Shown: positions 1 to 7,574 of the stretch, piece by piece
How the letters are laid out: every line of letters starts with the position of its first letter
Position numbering within the stretch: position 1 is the stretch's first letter
Source of the DNA: Gemmatimonadales bacterium
GTDB taxonomy: Bacteria; Gemmatimonadota; Gemmatimonadetes; Gemmatimonadales; GWC2-71-9
Reading direction: 5' to 3'
DNA: 13,890 nucleotides
NCBI GenBank assembly: GCA_039794085.1
Contig: JBDIWC010000078.1
Span: 1-13,890, forward strand
The notes under the pieces: generated by a model
What the model saw: the letters and a program-made list of their open reading frames with translations, nothing else
Database searches by the model: none
Told to the model about the DNA's origin: nothing
Program-made: the position numbers and the translations under genes

Positions 1-10
1 GCAGAGGGGC

Positions 11-43
11 GTGCCTCTTGTGACTTCTGTGCTTTTTGTGGCC
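11..43. repeat. Degenerate 9-bp tandem repeat (GTGcctctt GTGacttct GTGcttttt GTGgcc)
   Basis: GTG recurs at 11, 20, 29 and 38 with pyrimidine spacers. The reverse complement reads CAC+purine units, like the CACGAAG repeats at 12151 and 13848. Flanked by gagggg (4-9) and cccctc (47-52). Confidence 0.6.
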
Positions 44-279
44 ATTCCCCTCGCCCGCCTGACCATCCGAATCCCCAGGGCGGGTCCCCGGAATCCGGGG
101 CGTCCCCTCGCACCGTGCCGACAACGCGCCCGATCGACGTGTCTCTCACCCACGCGAAACCCTGAAGAGCCCCAAGTGGGATGCCGTCACAGACGCCGTC
201 ACACGCACGGCCGGAGCGGGTGTCCGGGGGGCGCCCCAAATATTGTTGCCGTTTTGTGTTCAATCTTGTCCGTAAGGGA

Positions 280-798
280 CTACTCCCTGCTCCCACGTAG
301 CACCAGCAACGTGGTCACCAGTTGCCCCACGTGCCGGGCTGTGTGCTCGGCGGCGTGGAAGAGCAATCCGCGGGAGGTGGAGTGGTCGCCCGCCGACCCG
401 ACCCGTCGCTCCATGTCCAGTGTTCCCGGATCCCATGCCCGCAAGACGGCGAGTATGGTGTCGATGCTCCGCAGGGCCAATCGTGTCGCCTCCGAGGTCG
501 ATGCGGGTGAGCCCGGTGCTTTTTCGCTCTCCAGTGCGGCGCGTTTCGCGGGGGACAGGGGCACGCCCTGGGCGTAGGAGATGAGCCGGTCGAGCGACCC
601 GGCGATGTGCTTGAGATGAAATCCTGGCGGGGCCGCGCTGCCGGGGCTCTGCCAGAGCAGGGCATCGGGAAGATCGGCGGTGACGCGGCCGATGTCCTCC
701 CGGGCCTGGAGCAGCGCGTGGGCCACCGGCATCAGGTCGGCGGGATAGTCGGCCAGGGGTCCCCGGAGCCAGACCTCCGGAACATCGGGTGCGGTCAT
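280..798 (-). CDS. DinB/YfiT-like family protein (putative metal-dependent, thiol-transferase-like fold), 172 aa
   Basis: Motifs GFHLKHIAGSLDRL and LLFHAAEHTARHVGQL supply the His triad typical of DinB/YfiT proteins. Start moved from 945 to ATG 798 because GGAGG lies just upstream (ccGGAGGaattgATG). Stop TAG at 280-282. Confidence 0.8.
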   Translation of the reverse strand: MTAPDVPEVWLRGPLADYPADLMPVAHALLQAREDIGRVTADLPDALLWQSPGSAAPPGFHLKHIAGSLDRLISYAQGVPLSPAKRAALESEKAPGSPASTSEATRLALRSIDTILAVLRAWDPGTLDMERRVGSAGDHSTSRGLLFHAAEHTARHVGQLVTTLLVLRGSRE

Positions 799-943
799 CA
801 ATTCCTCCGGCGACGAGGGGTGATCCCAGGCACCGGATGGGTGCCGCTGGTCTCCCGCACTGCGTGCATCAAGTGTAGACTCCTGTGGTGGGGCGGTCCA
901 CCCGGACCGGATCCGCTCACCCCGGGGGAAGGATTCCGACACC

Positions 944-1960
944 ATGATGTCTGATCCGCTGGATCGTTACTCGGCACACGGCGACACCTGTTTCGCTCCC
1001 TGGCCGATGAGCACGAGGGCCCGGTTCCTCTGGACGGGTGCCCGGGTCACCGCCCTCGTGGGTCTCCTGGCCCTGGTGACGGGCGCTCTGGTCCAGCCGG
1101 GGGCCACGCTCCCGCTCTTCTGGAATGTGGTGCTTCCGCTGGTGCCGGCGTCCTTGCTGGTCAGCCCCGGCCTTTGGCGCGGGGTCTGTCCCGTGGCCAC
1201 GCTCAGCATGTGGTCGTCCCGTCCCGGCGCCCCGCGCATCGCCGAGCTGCCCTCTCGATCGATTGATGTCGCGGCGGTCGCCCTGCTCTTTGCCATTGTG
1301 CCGGCCCGGCATCTCCTCTGGAATCAGAGTGGCATGGCTTTCGTCGGGCTGCTTCTGGTGGTGGGTCTCCTGGCCCTGGGAACCGGTCGTCTCGGCACCA
1401 TGAAGGCTGGTTTCTGCAACGCCATCTGTCCGGTGCTCCCGGTGGAACGCCTGTACGGCCAGGCACCGCTCTTTCACACGCCCAACGCCCGGTGCGCTCC
1501 GTGTACTCTCTGCACGGTGCGGGGATGCATGGACCTCGTCCCCACCAAGGCGGTGGCCCAGGTGCTGGGTCCCGATCGCCGGAACACCCGGTGGCTGGGA
1601 ACCGGGTTCGGTTTCTTCGCCGCCGCCTTCCCCGGGTTTATTCTCGCCTATGGCCTCACTCCCGACGGCCCCCTGAGCGCGGCGGGAACGGTTTATGGAG
1701 TGATGGTGGTCGCGGTGCTGGCCAGTTGGGCGCTGGTGGCCGCCGTCTGCGTGGTGGGCAACGTGCCGGCCCGATCGATGATCCCGGGGCTCGCGGCCGT
1801 GTCGCTGGGGCTCTACTACTGGTTCGCTTCGCCGGGATTCATGACCTCACTCGGGATCCCCGAGGGGGGAGTCGTGGTGCTCCGGGTGGGGATCGGGTTG
1901 CTGCTTCTCGGGTGGGGGATTCGCCGGTGGAGCGAGAACAGGTCCGTCGGCGTCGCGTGA
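944..1960 (+). CDS. Polytopic membrane protein with NapH/NosH/CcoG-type Cys-Pro motifs and a 4-Cys cluster; putative Fe-S electron-transfer protein
   Basis: About 8 hydrophobic segments. Motifs WRGVCP and FCNAICP (CxxxCP), then CAPCTLCTVRGC. Start uncertain (944, 947 or 1007); GGAAGGA precedes 944. Confidence 0.65.
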   Translation: MMSDPLDRYSAHGDTCFAPWPMSTRARFLWTGARVTALVGLLALVTGALVQPGATLPLFWNVVLPLVPASLLVSPGLWRGVCPVATLSMWSSRPGAPRIAELPSRSIDVAAVALLFAIVPARHLLWNQSGMAFVGLLLVVGLLALGTGRLGTMKAGFCNAICPVLPVERLYGQAPLFHTPNARCAPCTLCTVRGCMDLVPTKAVAQVLGPDRRNTRWLGTGFGFFAAAFPGFILAYGLTPDGPLSAAGTVYGVMVVAVLASWALVAAVCVVGNVPARSMIPGLAAVSLGLYYWFASPGFMTSLGIPEGGVVVLRVGIGLLLLGWGIRRWSENRSVGVA

Positions 1961-2836
1961 CGCCTCACGGCGGAGGCTTTTCAAGACCCCGTAATGGATC
2001 AGCCGGACGAGGTGGCCCGCCCTCCGAGCTCCTCCCAGCAGCGATTCGAACTCCAGAGCGGGAGAGGAGGCCTGGATCTGCTCCAGGGTCTGGCCGCTCC
2101 GAATGCCGGCGGAGATCCGGTCACGGATGGTCACGAGCATCCGGCGATGGTCGAGCACCACGGCGCGGGTGATCACGTCGCCGTGGCCCGGGACGATGCG
2201 GGTCTGCTCGGTGGAGCGGGCCAGGATCACGTCCGCCGCCGCGATCATTCCGTCCACCGACCCGCCGGCCCACCAGTCGATGAAGGGCGGTCCCCCTGGT
2301 TCGACCAGGTCGCCCACGTGGAGAAGGTTCTCCTGGGGAATCCAGACCATGACGTCGCCATCGGTATGGGCTCCCGGCAGGTGCAGAAGCACCACGGTGC
2401 GGGTGCCCAGGGACAGCACCATGCTGTCGGTGAAAGTCTGGTCCGGCATGGCCGTGGCGTGTGCCGGGGTTCGGTGCCAACCATCCCAGTCGGCGATGAT
2501 GGTGTCCTTGGTCATCTGGGAGGGAACGTTCCGGTGGGCGATGGCGGTTGCGCCGAGGGAGCGCCAATGGTCCATCCCGGAGGTGTGGTCCTCATGGTAA
2601 TGCGTGAAGACAACCTGGGTCACGGGCTTCCTGGTCACGGCGCGAAGGGCCGAATCGGCGAGAGTGACACGCTTCGCGGACTGCGCATCCACCAGGAGCA
2701 CCCGATCGGGAGCTTCCACCGCGAGGATGTTTCCGTTGGCAAACCCGCTCACGACGTGGAGACCGGGCCCGAGGGAACGCACGGACATGACCATCGGGTC
2801 CTGCCAGGCCAGGGCGATCATCAAGACGGCGTACAT
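1847..2836 (-). CDS. Metallo-beta-lactamase-fold hydrolase (cyclase/glyoxalase II-like), probably exported; 3' end doubtful
   Basis: HxHxDH motif THYHEDH, plus AHTDGD, HVGD and PGHG. Short hydrophobic N-terminus. The last ~40 aa are low-complexity and overlap the convergent gene by 114 bp. Confidence 0.85.
   Translation of the reverse strand: MYAVLMIALAWQDPMVMSVRSLGPGLHVVSGFANGNILAVEAPDRVLLVDAQSAKRVTLADSALRAVTRKPVTQVVFTHYHEDHTSGMDHWRSLGATAIAHRNVPSQMTKDTIIADWDGWHRTPAHATAMPDQTFTDSMVLSLGTRTVVLLHLPGAHTDGDVMVWIPQENLLHVGDLVEPGGPPFIDWWAGGSVDGMIAAADVILARSTEQTRIVPGHGDVITRAVVLDHRRMLVTIRDRISAGIRSGQTLEQIQASSPALEFESLLGGARRAGHLVRLIHYGVLKSLRREASRDADGPVLAPPANPPPEKQQPDPHPEHHDSPLGDPE
1962..1981 (+). terminator. 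Weak intrinsic terminator candidate
   Basis: gcctc-acggcg-gaggc followed by TTTT, immediately after the TGA at 1958-1960. The stem is only 5 bp. Confidence 0.3.
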
Positions 2837-2854
2837 GAGGATCCCGGGGAAGAG

Positions 2855-3640
2855 TCAATTGATGGCATGAACCCGGACCGCTTCGGCGGCCGCGGCCTGC
2901 AACACGCCAACCAACGCCTCGTCAATCTGAATGGTTGTCGACCCGGCCCTGACGGTTGCGGGGAGCCCCTCGGGGGAGAGGTTCGTCAGCTGCTGGACCA
3001 TGACCAGAGCGGCGAGGTAGGTGCCTGCGGGGCTCGGATGGAAACCATCCGCGCCGTACAATGGAATGGACGGGTCGACCCGCCACGCCGCGCGCCACGC
3101 CTCCCCCGCGGGGAAAAGCATCCCCCCCGCCCCCTCGGCTGCCAGCCGGTGGGAGAGGCTCACGTCGTCGAAGTCGAAGCTCCGTGACGCAGCGGGCCAC
3201 ACCATGTAGAGCGCCACCCGGGTACCGGTGGCTCGGCCCAGGTCAGCAAAGCGGCGCGAATACTCGATGAGGCTCGGGCGTCCCTCGGTCGCCGAGGGGC
3301 CCTGCTGGAGAACAACGACATCCCACTCTCCGCTTTCGATGAGCGGCTGCACATCTCCCTCATTCCAGTGATCCTCGAGGCCATAGTTCGGGTTGGTAAT
3401 CCCCCGGACGGTGACCCGGTGAGTGCCGTCCGATTCGGCGAGTGCCTTGACCACCCCCGGCAGATTGTTGGTGGAGGTCAGGCTGTTGCCCACGAACAGG
3501 ACCCGGATCTCACCCGGGCCACGGGGGCCCAGGGAATCACTCCCGCCGCACCCGGGCACCGAGCCGAACCCGGCGATGAAGAGAAGTGCCAGCCGGAGGC
3601 CGGGCGGGCAGATCAGGAACCAGTTTCGGAGAGGGGTCAT
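2855..3640 (-). CDS. SGNH/GDSL-like hydrolase, exported or possible lipoprotein
   Basis: Block I VLFVGNSLT, WDVVVLQQ, and block V DGFHPS (DxxH). Hydrophobic N-terminal segment followed by VPGC. Confidence 0.8.
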   Translation of the reverse strand: MTPLRNWFLICPPGLRLALLFIAGFGSVPGCGGSDSLGPRGPGEIRVLFVGNSLTSTNNLPGVVKALAESDGTHRVTVRGITNPNYGLEDHWNEGDVQPLIESGEWDVVVLQQGPSATEGRPSLIEYSRRFADLGRATGTRVALYMVWPAASRSFDFDDVSLSHRLAAEGAGGMLFPAGEAWRAAWRVDPSIPLYGADGFHPSPAGTYLAALVMVQQLTNLSPEGLPATVRAGSTTIQIDEALVGVLQAAAAEAVRVHAIN

Positions 3641-3747
3641 GACAGACCCTACGAGACCACCCTGTCGCGAGTGTCAGAGATCCGACTCTGGCGCCCGGGC
3701 TGGCCGGGGCGTAGTTTGGAACGGATCCCCCTTCCGGAGAAAACGCC

Positions 3748-4269
3748 ATGCCCCGGTTCTGCTCCGCAGCATTCGCCCTTGCCCTCCTCGCCCCCCTGTC
3801 CGGGTGCACCCCATCGAGTGCGTTGACCGCCGGGGAACGGGACACTATCGAGATGGCCCTGGCCCAGATCACCCAGGATTACGCGGCCGCCCTGAACCAG
3901 GGAGACGCGGCGGCCATCGCCGCCCTGTACACCGAAGACGGTGTCCTCCTGGATCCCAACCAGCCCGATGCGCGGGGACCGGAGGAGATCCGGCAACGGT
4001 ACACCGCCCTCTTCGATTCCACCTCCTTCTCCGGCACCATCATCACGAGCAACGGTCCGACCGTCACCCGGGATCACGCGATGGACCACGGGGTCTCGAC
4101 GGCGACCCTGAGGGCGAGCGGCGATTCGGGAGTCGAGCGGTCGTGGAAGTGGATGAGCATCGTGGAGCGACAGGCCGACGGAACCTGGAAATTGAAGAGG
4201 CTCCTCCCGGCACCCGTGGGAGCGACGTGGCCCGCGCCGACCCCCCCCCCGCCTGCCCGGCGGCGGTAG
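3748..4269 (+). CDS. SnoaL/NTF2-like (DUF4440/YybH-type) lipoprotein
   Basis: Lipobox LSGC. AALNQGDAAAIAALYTEDG, RGPEEIR and RQADGTWK are typical SnoaL-like patterns. GGAG RBS upstream. Confidence 0.8.
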   Translation: MPRFCSAAFALALLAPLSGCTPSSALTAGERDTIEMALAQITQDYAAALNQGDAAAIAALYTEDGVLLDPNQPDARGPEEIRQRYTALFDSTSFSGTIITSNGPTVTRDHAMDHGVSTATLRASGDSGVERSWKWMSIVERQADGTWKLKRLLPAPVGATWPAPTPPPPARRR

Positions 4270-4382
4270 CCCAGGACCCAACACCCACTCCCCACTCCCC
4301 GGTGTTGGGTGTTGGGTATTGGGTATTGGGTGTCGGGGGGGGGGGGCAATCCCCAGTCCCCAATCCCCGACACCCAGCCCCC
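4270..4382. repeat. Heptamer tandem-repeat element with nested inverted arms and a G12 run, between convergent genes
   Basis: CCCAGGA CCCAACA CCCACTC CCCACTC (4270-4297); TGTTGGG x2, TATTGGG x2, TGTCGGG (4303-4337); G run 4335-4346; CAATCCC CAGTCCC CAATCCC (4347-4367). Perfect inverted pairs at 4276-4285/4301-4310 and 4327-4338/4365-4376. Confidence 0.85.
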
Positions 4383-4401
4383 GGTCGTGGGTGCGGCGGG
4401 G

Positions 4402-5190
4402 TCAAAAATCCGTGCGCAGGAACTTCCGCCGGGCGAGCAGGAAAGGGAGCAGGGCCCACACTGTCAGAGCACCGATGGCCACCATCGCCCCGGTGAGTGA
4501 CCCGAAGAACCGGGCGAAGACTGCTCCGGTGTATCCCATCAGGGCGGCCACGTCGAACTGCATGAGGAGGAGAACCCGGCCCAGGTCGACCGGATTGAGC
4601 AGGGTCGCCACGAGCACCGGGCCTTCCAGGGGCCAGGCGGTGAAGAGAGTCATGGCCAGGAGGAGCGCTCCGTCGTACACCACGGTGAATCCGATCCAGA
4701 GCAGGATGGCCACGCCGAGTCCGGTGGCCCGATCGGCCACATGCAGGGCCACGAAGAACGCGAGGGCCGTGAACACCAGGGTGAGCAACATGCCGAGCAC
4801 GAGGAGCATGCCGAGTGCGGTGGGTGCCGAGCCGGCGGTACCTCCATGGAGGAGGAAGGGGATCCCGGTCCCGGCCAGGAATCCCCCGGCAAGCGGAAGA
4901 GCCACTCCCCCGAAGAGTCCGGCGAAGAGGGCGCTGCGGCTGACGGGCTGGGTGAGCAGCAGCTCGATGAAGTGACGGGAGTGGTAGAAGTACATCGTGC
5001 CGAAAACGAGGCCCACGAGGGGCAGGAGGATGAGCACCACGTTGAGGAGGCTCAGCACCACCCGCTCGCCGCTTCCCCCGAACCGGAAGAGCAGTTCCGT
5101 GGCGGCCAGAAGGAGGAGGGTGTATCCGATCACCCACCGGCTCCGGAACACGTCGCGCAGCTGATAGCGGAGGATCTTGAGGGCGGTCAT
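4402..5190 (-). CDS. nosY: NosY, permease of the NosDFY ABC transporter
   Basis: About 6 hydrophobic segments. Motifs IELLLTQPVSR and LLNPVDLGR...MGYTGA. Last gene of the nos operon; ATGA overlap with nosF. Confidence 0.9.
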   Translation of the reverse strand: MTALKILRYQLRDVFRSRWVIGYTLLLLAATELLFRFGGSGERVVLSLLNVVLILLPLVGLVFGTMYFYHSRHFIELLLTQPVSRSALFAGLFGGVALPLAGGFLAGTGIPFLLHGGTAGSAPTALGMLLVLGMLLTLVFTALAFFVALHVADRATGLGVAILLWIGFTVVYDGALLLAMTLFTAWPLEGPVLVATLLNPVDLGRVLLLMQFDVAALMGYTGAVFARFFGSLTGAMVAIGALTVWALLPFLLARRKFLRTDF

Positions 5191-5915
5191 CCCATCACCC
5201 GTGCCCGCATGAGCCGCGCCACCGCCCGTTCGAGTCGCTGCTCGCCCGTCTTCCGCCAGAGGTCCTCCAGGGTGCCCTCGAACCGGGGGAGCCCGTCCAC
5301 GAAGTAGACGATGGTGCGGGCCAGTTCCTCGATCTCGGCCATGATGTGCGAGGTCAGAAGGACGGTGGTGCCCTCCTCCGGGGCCCGCAGGATCTTGTCC
5401 TTCAGGATGCCGCTGGCCAGCGGATCGAGGCCGGCCGTTGGCTCGTCGAGGATGAGGAGTCCGGGTCGGTAACGGAAGGCCACGACCGCACTGAGCTTCT
5501 GTCGCGTCCCGCCCGAGAGCGTGCGGATCGGCTTGCCGAGTTCCGGACCGAGGTGAAAGGCATCAAGGAGGTCATCATCCCGCTCGGCCCGGTGGCCCCG
5601 CAGGTCGTCGAGGAGTGCCAGGACCTCGGTGCCGGTGAGGTTGCCGGGGAAGCTCGCCGCTTGGGGCATGTACCCGATGCCGCTGCGGAGGGACCAGTCG
5701 GAGCCCACGGCGTGACCGTTGATGGCGATGATTCCGGCGTCGGGACGAACCAGGCCGAGCAGGCACTTGATCAGGGTTGACTTGCCGGCGGCATTGGGAC
5801 CCACGATGGCGGTGACGGTGGCGGGTTCGAGGGTGAGGTCCACACCTGCCAGGACCTGCAGGGTGCCGAAGCGCTTGGTCACGCCGCGGATGGTCACTGT
5901 CGTGGCGGGGGTCAT
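5187..5915 (-). CDS. nosF: NosF, ABC ATPase of the NosDFY transporter, 242 aa
   Basis: Walker A GPNAAGKST, signature LSGG, Walker B LILDEPT and H-loop TSH. True start ATG 5915 overlaps the nosD stop (ATGA). Lies between nosD and nosY. Confidence 0.92.
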   Translation of the reverse strand: MTPATTVTIRGVTKRFGTLQVLAGVDLTLEPATVTAIVGPNAAGKSTLIKCLLGLVRPDAGIIAINGHAVGSDWSLRSGIGYMPQAASFPGNLTGTEVLALLDDLRGHRAERDDDLLDAFHLGPELGKPIRTLSGGTRQKLSAVVAFRYRPGLLILDEPTAGLDPLASGILKDKILRAPEEGTTVLLTSHIMAEIEELARTIVYFVDGLPRFEGTLEDLWRKTGEQRLERAVARLMRARVMG

Positions 5916-7126
5916 GCGCCGGGTCGCCTCATCAGCGGGCGCTCGTCCACGAGGGTGAGCGGTGTCAGGATCGGGAGCACCCGCTCCGCCGCATCGAGCA
6001 GCTCCAGGAAGAAGCTTCGCAGCAGGATGGTGGCGGGGGCATGCTCGGCCACAAGGACGGCGGAGAGCCGCACCGGGCGGAAGGGGACATCGCCGATTCC
6101 GTTCCGGTCGAGATCGTACCCGCGGTACGCGTCCCAGTAGTTCTCCTCGAACAGGCTGGGCGTGGCCCGTCCGTTGGACACCACGTCGAAGGTGTTTCCG
6201 AGAAAGATGTTGCGGCGGAACTGACCATCGGTGGCGTTGGCCAGCACGCGGATGGCCGACCCGTTCCGCTGAAAGGTGTTGCTGGTCACCCGCAGCCGGT
6301 TGGACCCTTCGGCCACGATCCCGACGGAATTGGAGAGAAAGACGTTGTCCTCGATCCGGGCATCGGTGATGTCCTTGAGCAGGAGTCCGTAACTGGCGGC
6401 CCCCCAGTTGTGCTCGAACCGGTTGTTCATCATCATGACGGACCGGGTGTACATCACGGCCACCCCGGCGCCGTTGTCGTGCAGGTGATTTCCGGTGTAG
6501 GACGAGCTGTCGGAGAACATGAAGTGCAGTCCGTAGCGGAGATTGCCGGTGCTCTCGTTCCGGTCCACGGTGGAGTGGCGGGCAAACTCCAGATAGACCC
6601 CGTCCCGGTGGCCGGTGGCCCGGTTGTCCTCCACCGTCATGTGGCGGGAATTCCAGAGATGGATGGCGTTGCCCGACCGGGTCTGCGAGCGATGGGGGCC
6701 GTCGAAGCGGTTGCCGGCAATCCGGCACCGCTCCGCGCGGGCCGCGTAAAGGCCGAAAAAGGTGTCCCGGAAAACATTGTTCTCGATCCGGCAGTCGGTG
6801 GCCGTCTCAAGCAGGAGTGCGGCCCGGTCGTCCACGAAGCTGGTGGCCACGTTCCGGAAAACCAGGTGCGCCACCGTCACGCCGGATTCGGTGACGGTCA
6901 GGATGGCGTTCCCGTCACCGTCCAGAACGGCCTCCTCCCCCGGGGATTCCGGTCCGAGAAGAGTGATCCCCCGCCCCACCCGGAGTCCGTGCTCGTGGTA
7001 GATGCCGGCCGGCACCCGGATCGTGTCTCCCGGCCGGGCCCTCTCCAGGGCGGCACCGATCGTGGGTGTCGCTCCCGGGCTGACGATCAGAACCTGGAGC
7101 AGGAGAGTGGCGGAGACGATGCCCAT
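5912..7126 (-). CDS. nosD: NosD, periplasmic beta-helix N2O reductase maturation protein
   Basis: Asn-rich beta-helix repeats. Motifs GNAIHLWNS, HRDGVYLEF, RYGLHFMFS, GVAVMYT and NYWDAYRGYDLDRNGIGDVPF. Confidence 0.95.
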   Translation of the reverse strand: MGIVSATLLLQVLIVSPGATPTIGAALERARPGDTIRVPAGIYHEHGLRVGRGITLLGPESPGEEAVLDGDGNAILTVTESGVTVAHLVFRNVATSFVDDRAALLLETATDCRIENNVFRDTFFGLYAARAERCRIAGNRFDGPHRSQTRSGNAIHLWNSRHMTVEDNRATGHRDGVYLEFARHSTVDRNESTGNLRYGLHFMFSDSSSYTGNHLHDNGAGVAVMYTRSVMMMNNRFEHNWGAASYGLLLKDITDARIEDNVFLSNSVGIVAEGSNRLRVTSNTFQRNGSAIRVLANATDGQFRRNIFLGNTFDVVSNGRATPSLFEENYWDAYRGYDLDRNGIGDVPFRPVRLSAVLVAEHAPATILLRSFFLELLDAAERVLPILTPLTLVDERPLMRRPGA

Positions 7127-7133
7127 GTCAGGT

Positions 7134-7574
7134 TTACCGTCCCGCCGCCACGACCCGCAGCACCTCGGGCCAGGTCATCAGCTTTCCTCCGAGAACCTGG
7201 CGGAGACTGTCGGCGGCCGGTCCGGGCCGGACGGCCAGCACTCCGTGATTCATAGGGGTGCGCACCGAGTCGCTGTGGAGGAAGATGGCGTCCTCCACCG
7301 GGAGGAACTCCTCGGGGTGCAGATAGTCCATGACCCACCGGGAGTGCACCTGGTCCTCGGTCACGCGGTCGCCCATCGAGAACTCGGCGAGGCATCCGAT
7401 GTCATCAAAACGCATCACCTTGCCGGTCCGGGTCAGGAGTTCGGCGGCAAAGCGGGGGTCGGTGATCGTCATGTGGCAGTGTTCGCACGCATCCTCTCCC
7501 CAGGCGATCGGGACCGGAGCGGGCTCCCGGCACGCCAGGAGGCATGCCGCGGTCGCCAGGAGGCCCCAGCGCAT
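7134..7574 (-). CDS. nosL: NosL, copper chaperone lipoprotein
   Basis: Lipobox LLAC. Motifs CEHCHMTI (CxxCxM), FDDIGCL and TPMNHG. ATG overlaps the upstream stop (TGATG). Confidence 0.92.
   Translation of the reverse strand: MRWGLLATAACLLACREPAPVPIAWGEDACEHCHMTITDPRFAAELLTRTGKVMRFDDIGCLAEFSMGDRVTEDQVHSRWVMDYLHPEEFLPVEDAIFLHSDSVRTPMNHGVLAVRPGPAADSLRQVLGGKLMTWPEVLRVVAAGR

Noticed and set aside
859..872. Possible FNR/DNR box (ATCAA half-site) upstream of the Fe-S membrane gene
   Set aside because: The left half reads ACTGC rather than TTGAT, so only one half-site matches.
799..945. N-terminal extension of the DinB ORF
   Set aside because: GGAGG precedes ATG 798, and the extension would fill the whole divergent intergenic region.
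1847..2836. MBL protein as an antibiotic-resistance beta-lactamase
   Set aside because: HxHxDH is shared by the whole superfamily. There is Asp (HVGD) rather than the B1 Cys ligand, and no mobile context. Substrate unknown.
4241..4250. C10 run as a phase-variation switch in the SnoaL gene
   Set aside because: It lies about 6 codons before the stop in a Pro-rich tail, so slippage would leave the domain intact. The run length may also be a sequencing artefact.
5916..6728. Apparent 270-aa N-terminal extension of NosF
   Set aside because: Out-of-frame overlap with nosD and low-complexity translation. The ATGA-coupled start at 5915 gives a normal-sized ABC ATPase.
1994..7255. Long alternative ORFs 1994-3187, 3423-4496, 4064-5137 and 6041-7255
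   Set aside because: All overlap well-supported genes on the opposite strand or in another frame and lack recognisable motifs.
7134..7574. CEHCH in NosL as a heme c attachment site
   Set aside because: It matches CxxCH but coincides with the NosL CxxCxM metal-binding motif. Heme binding is not supported by anything else.
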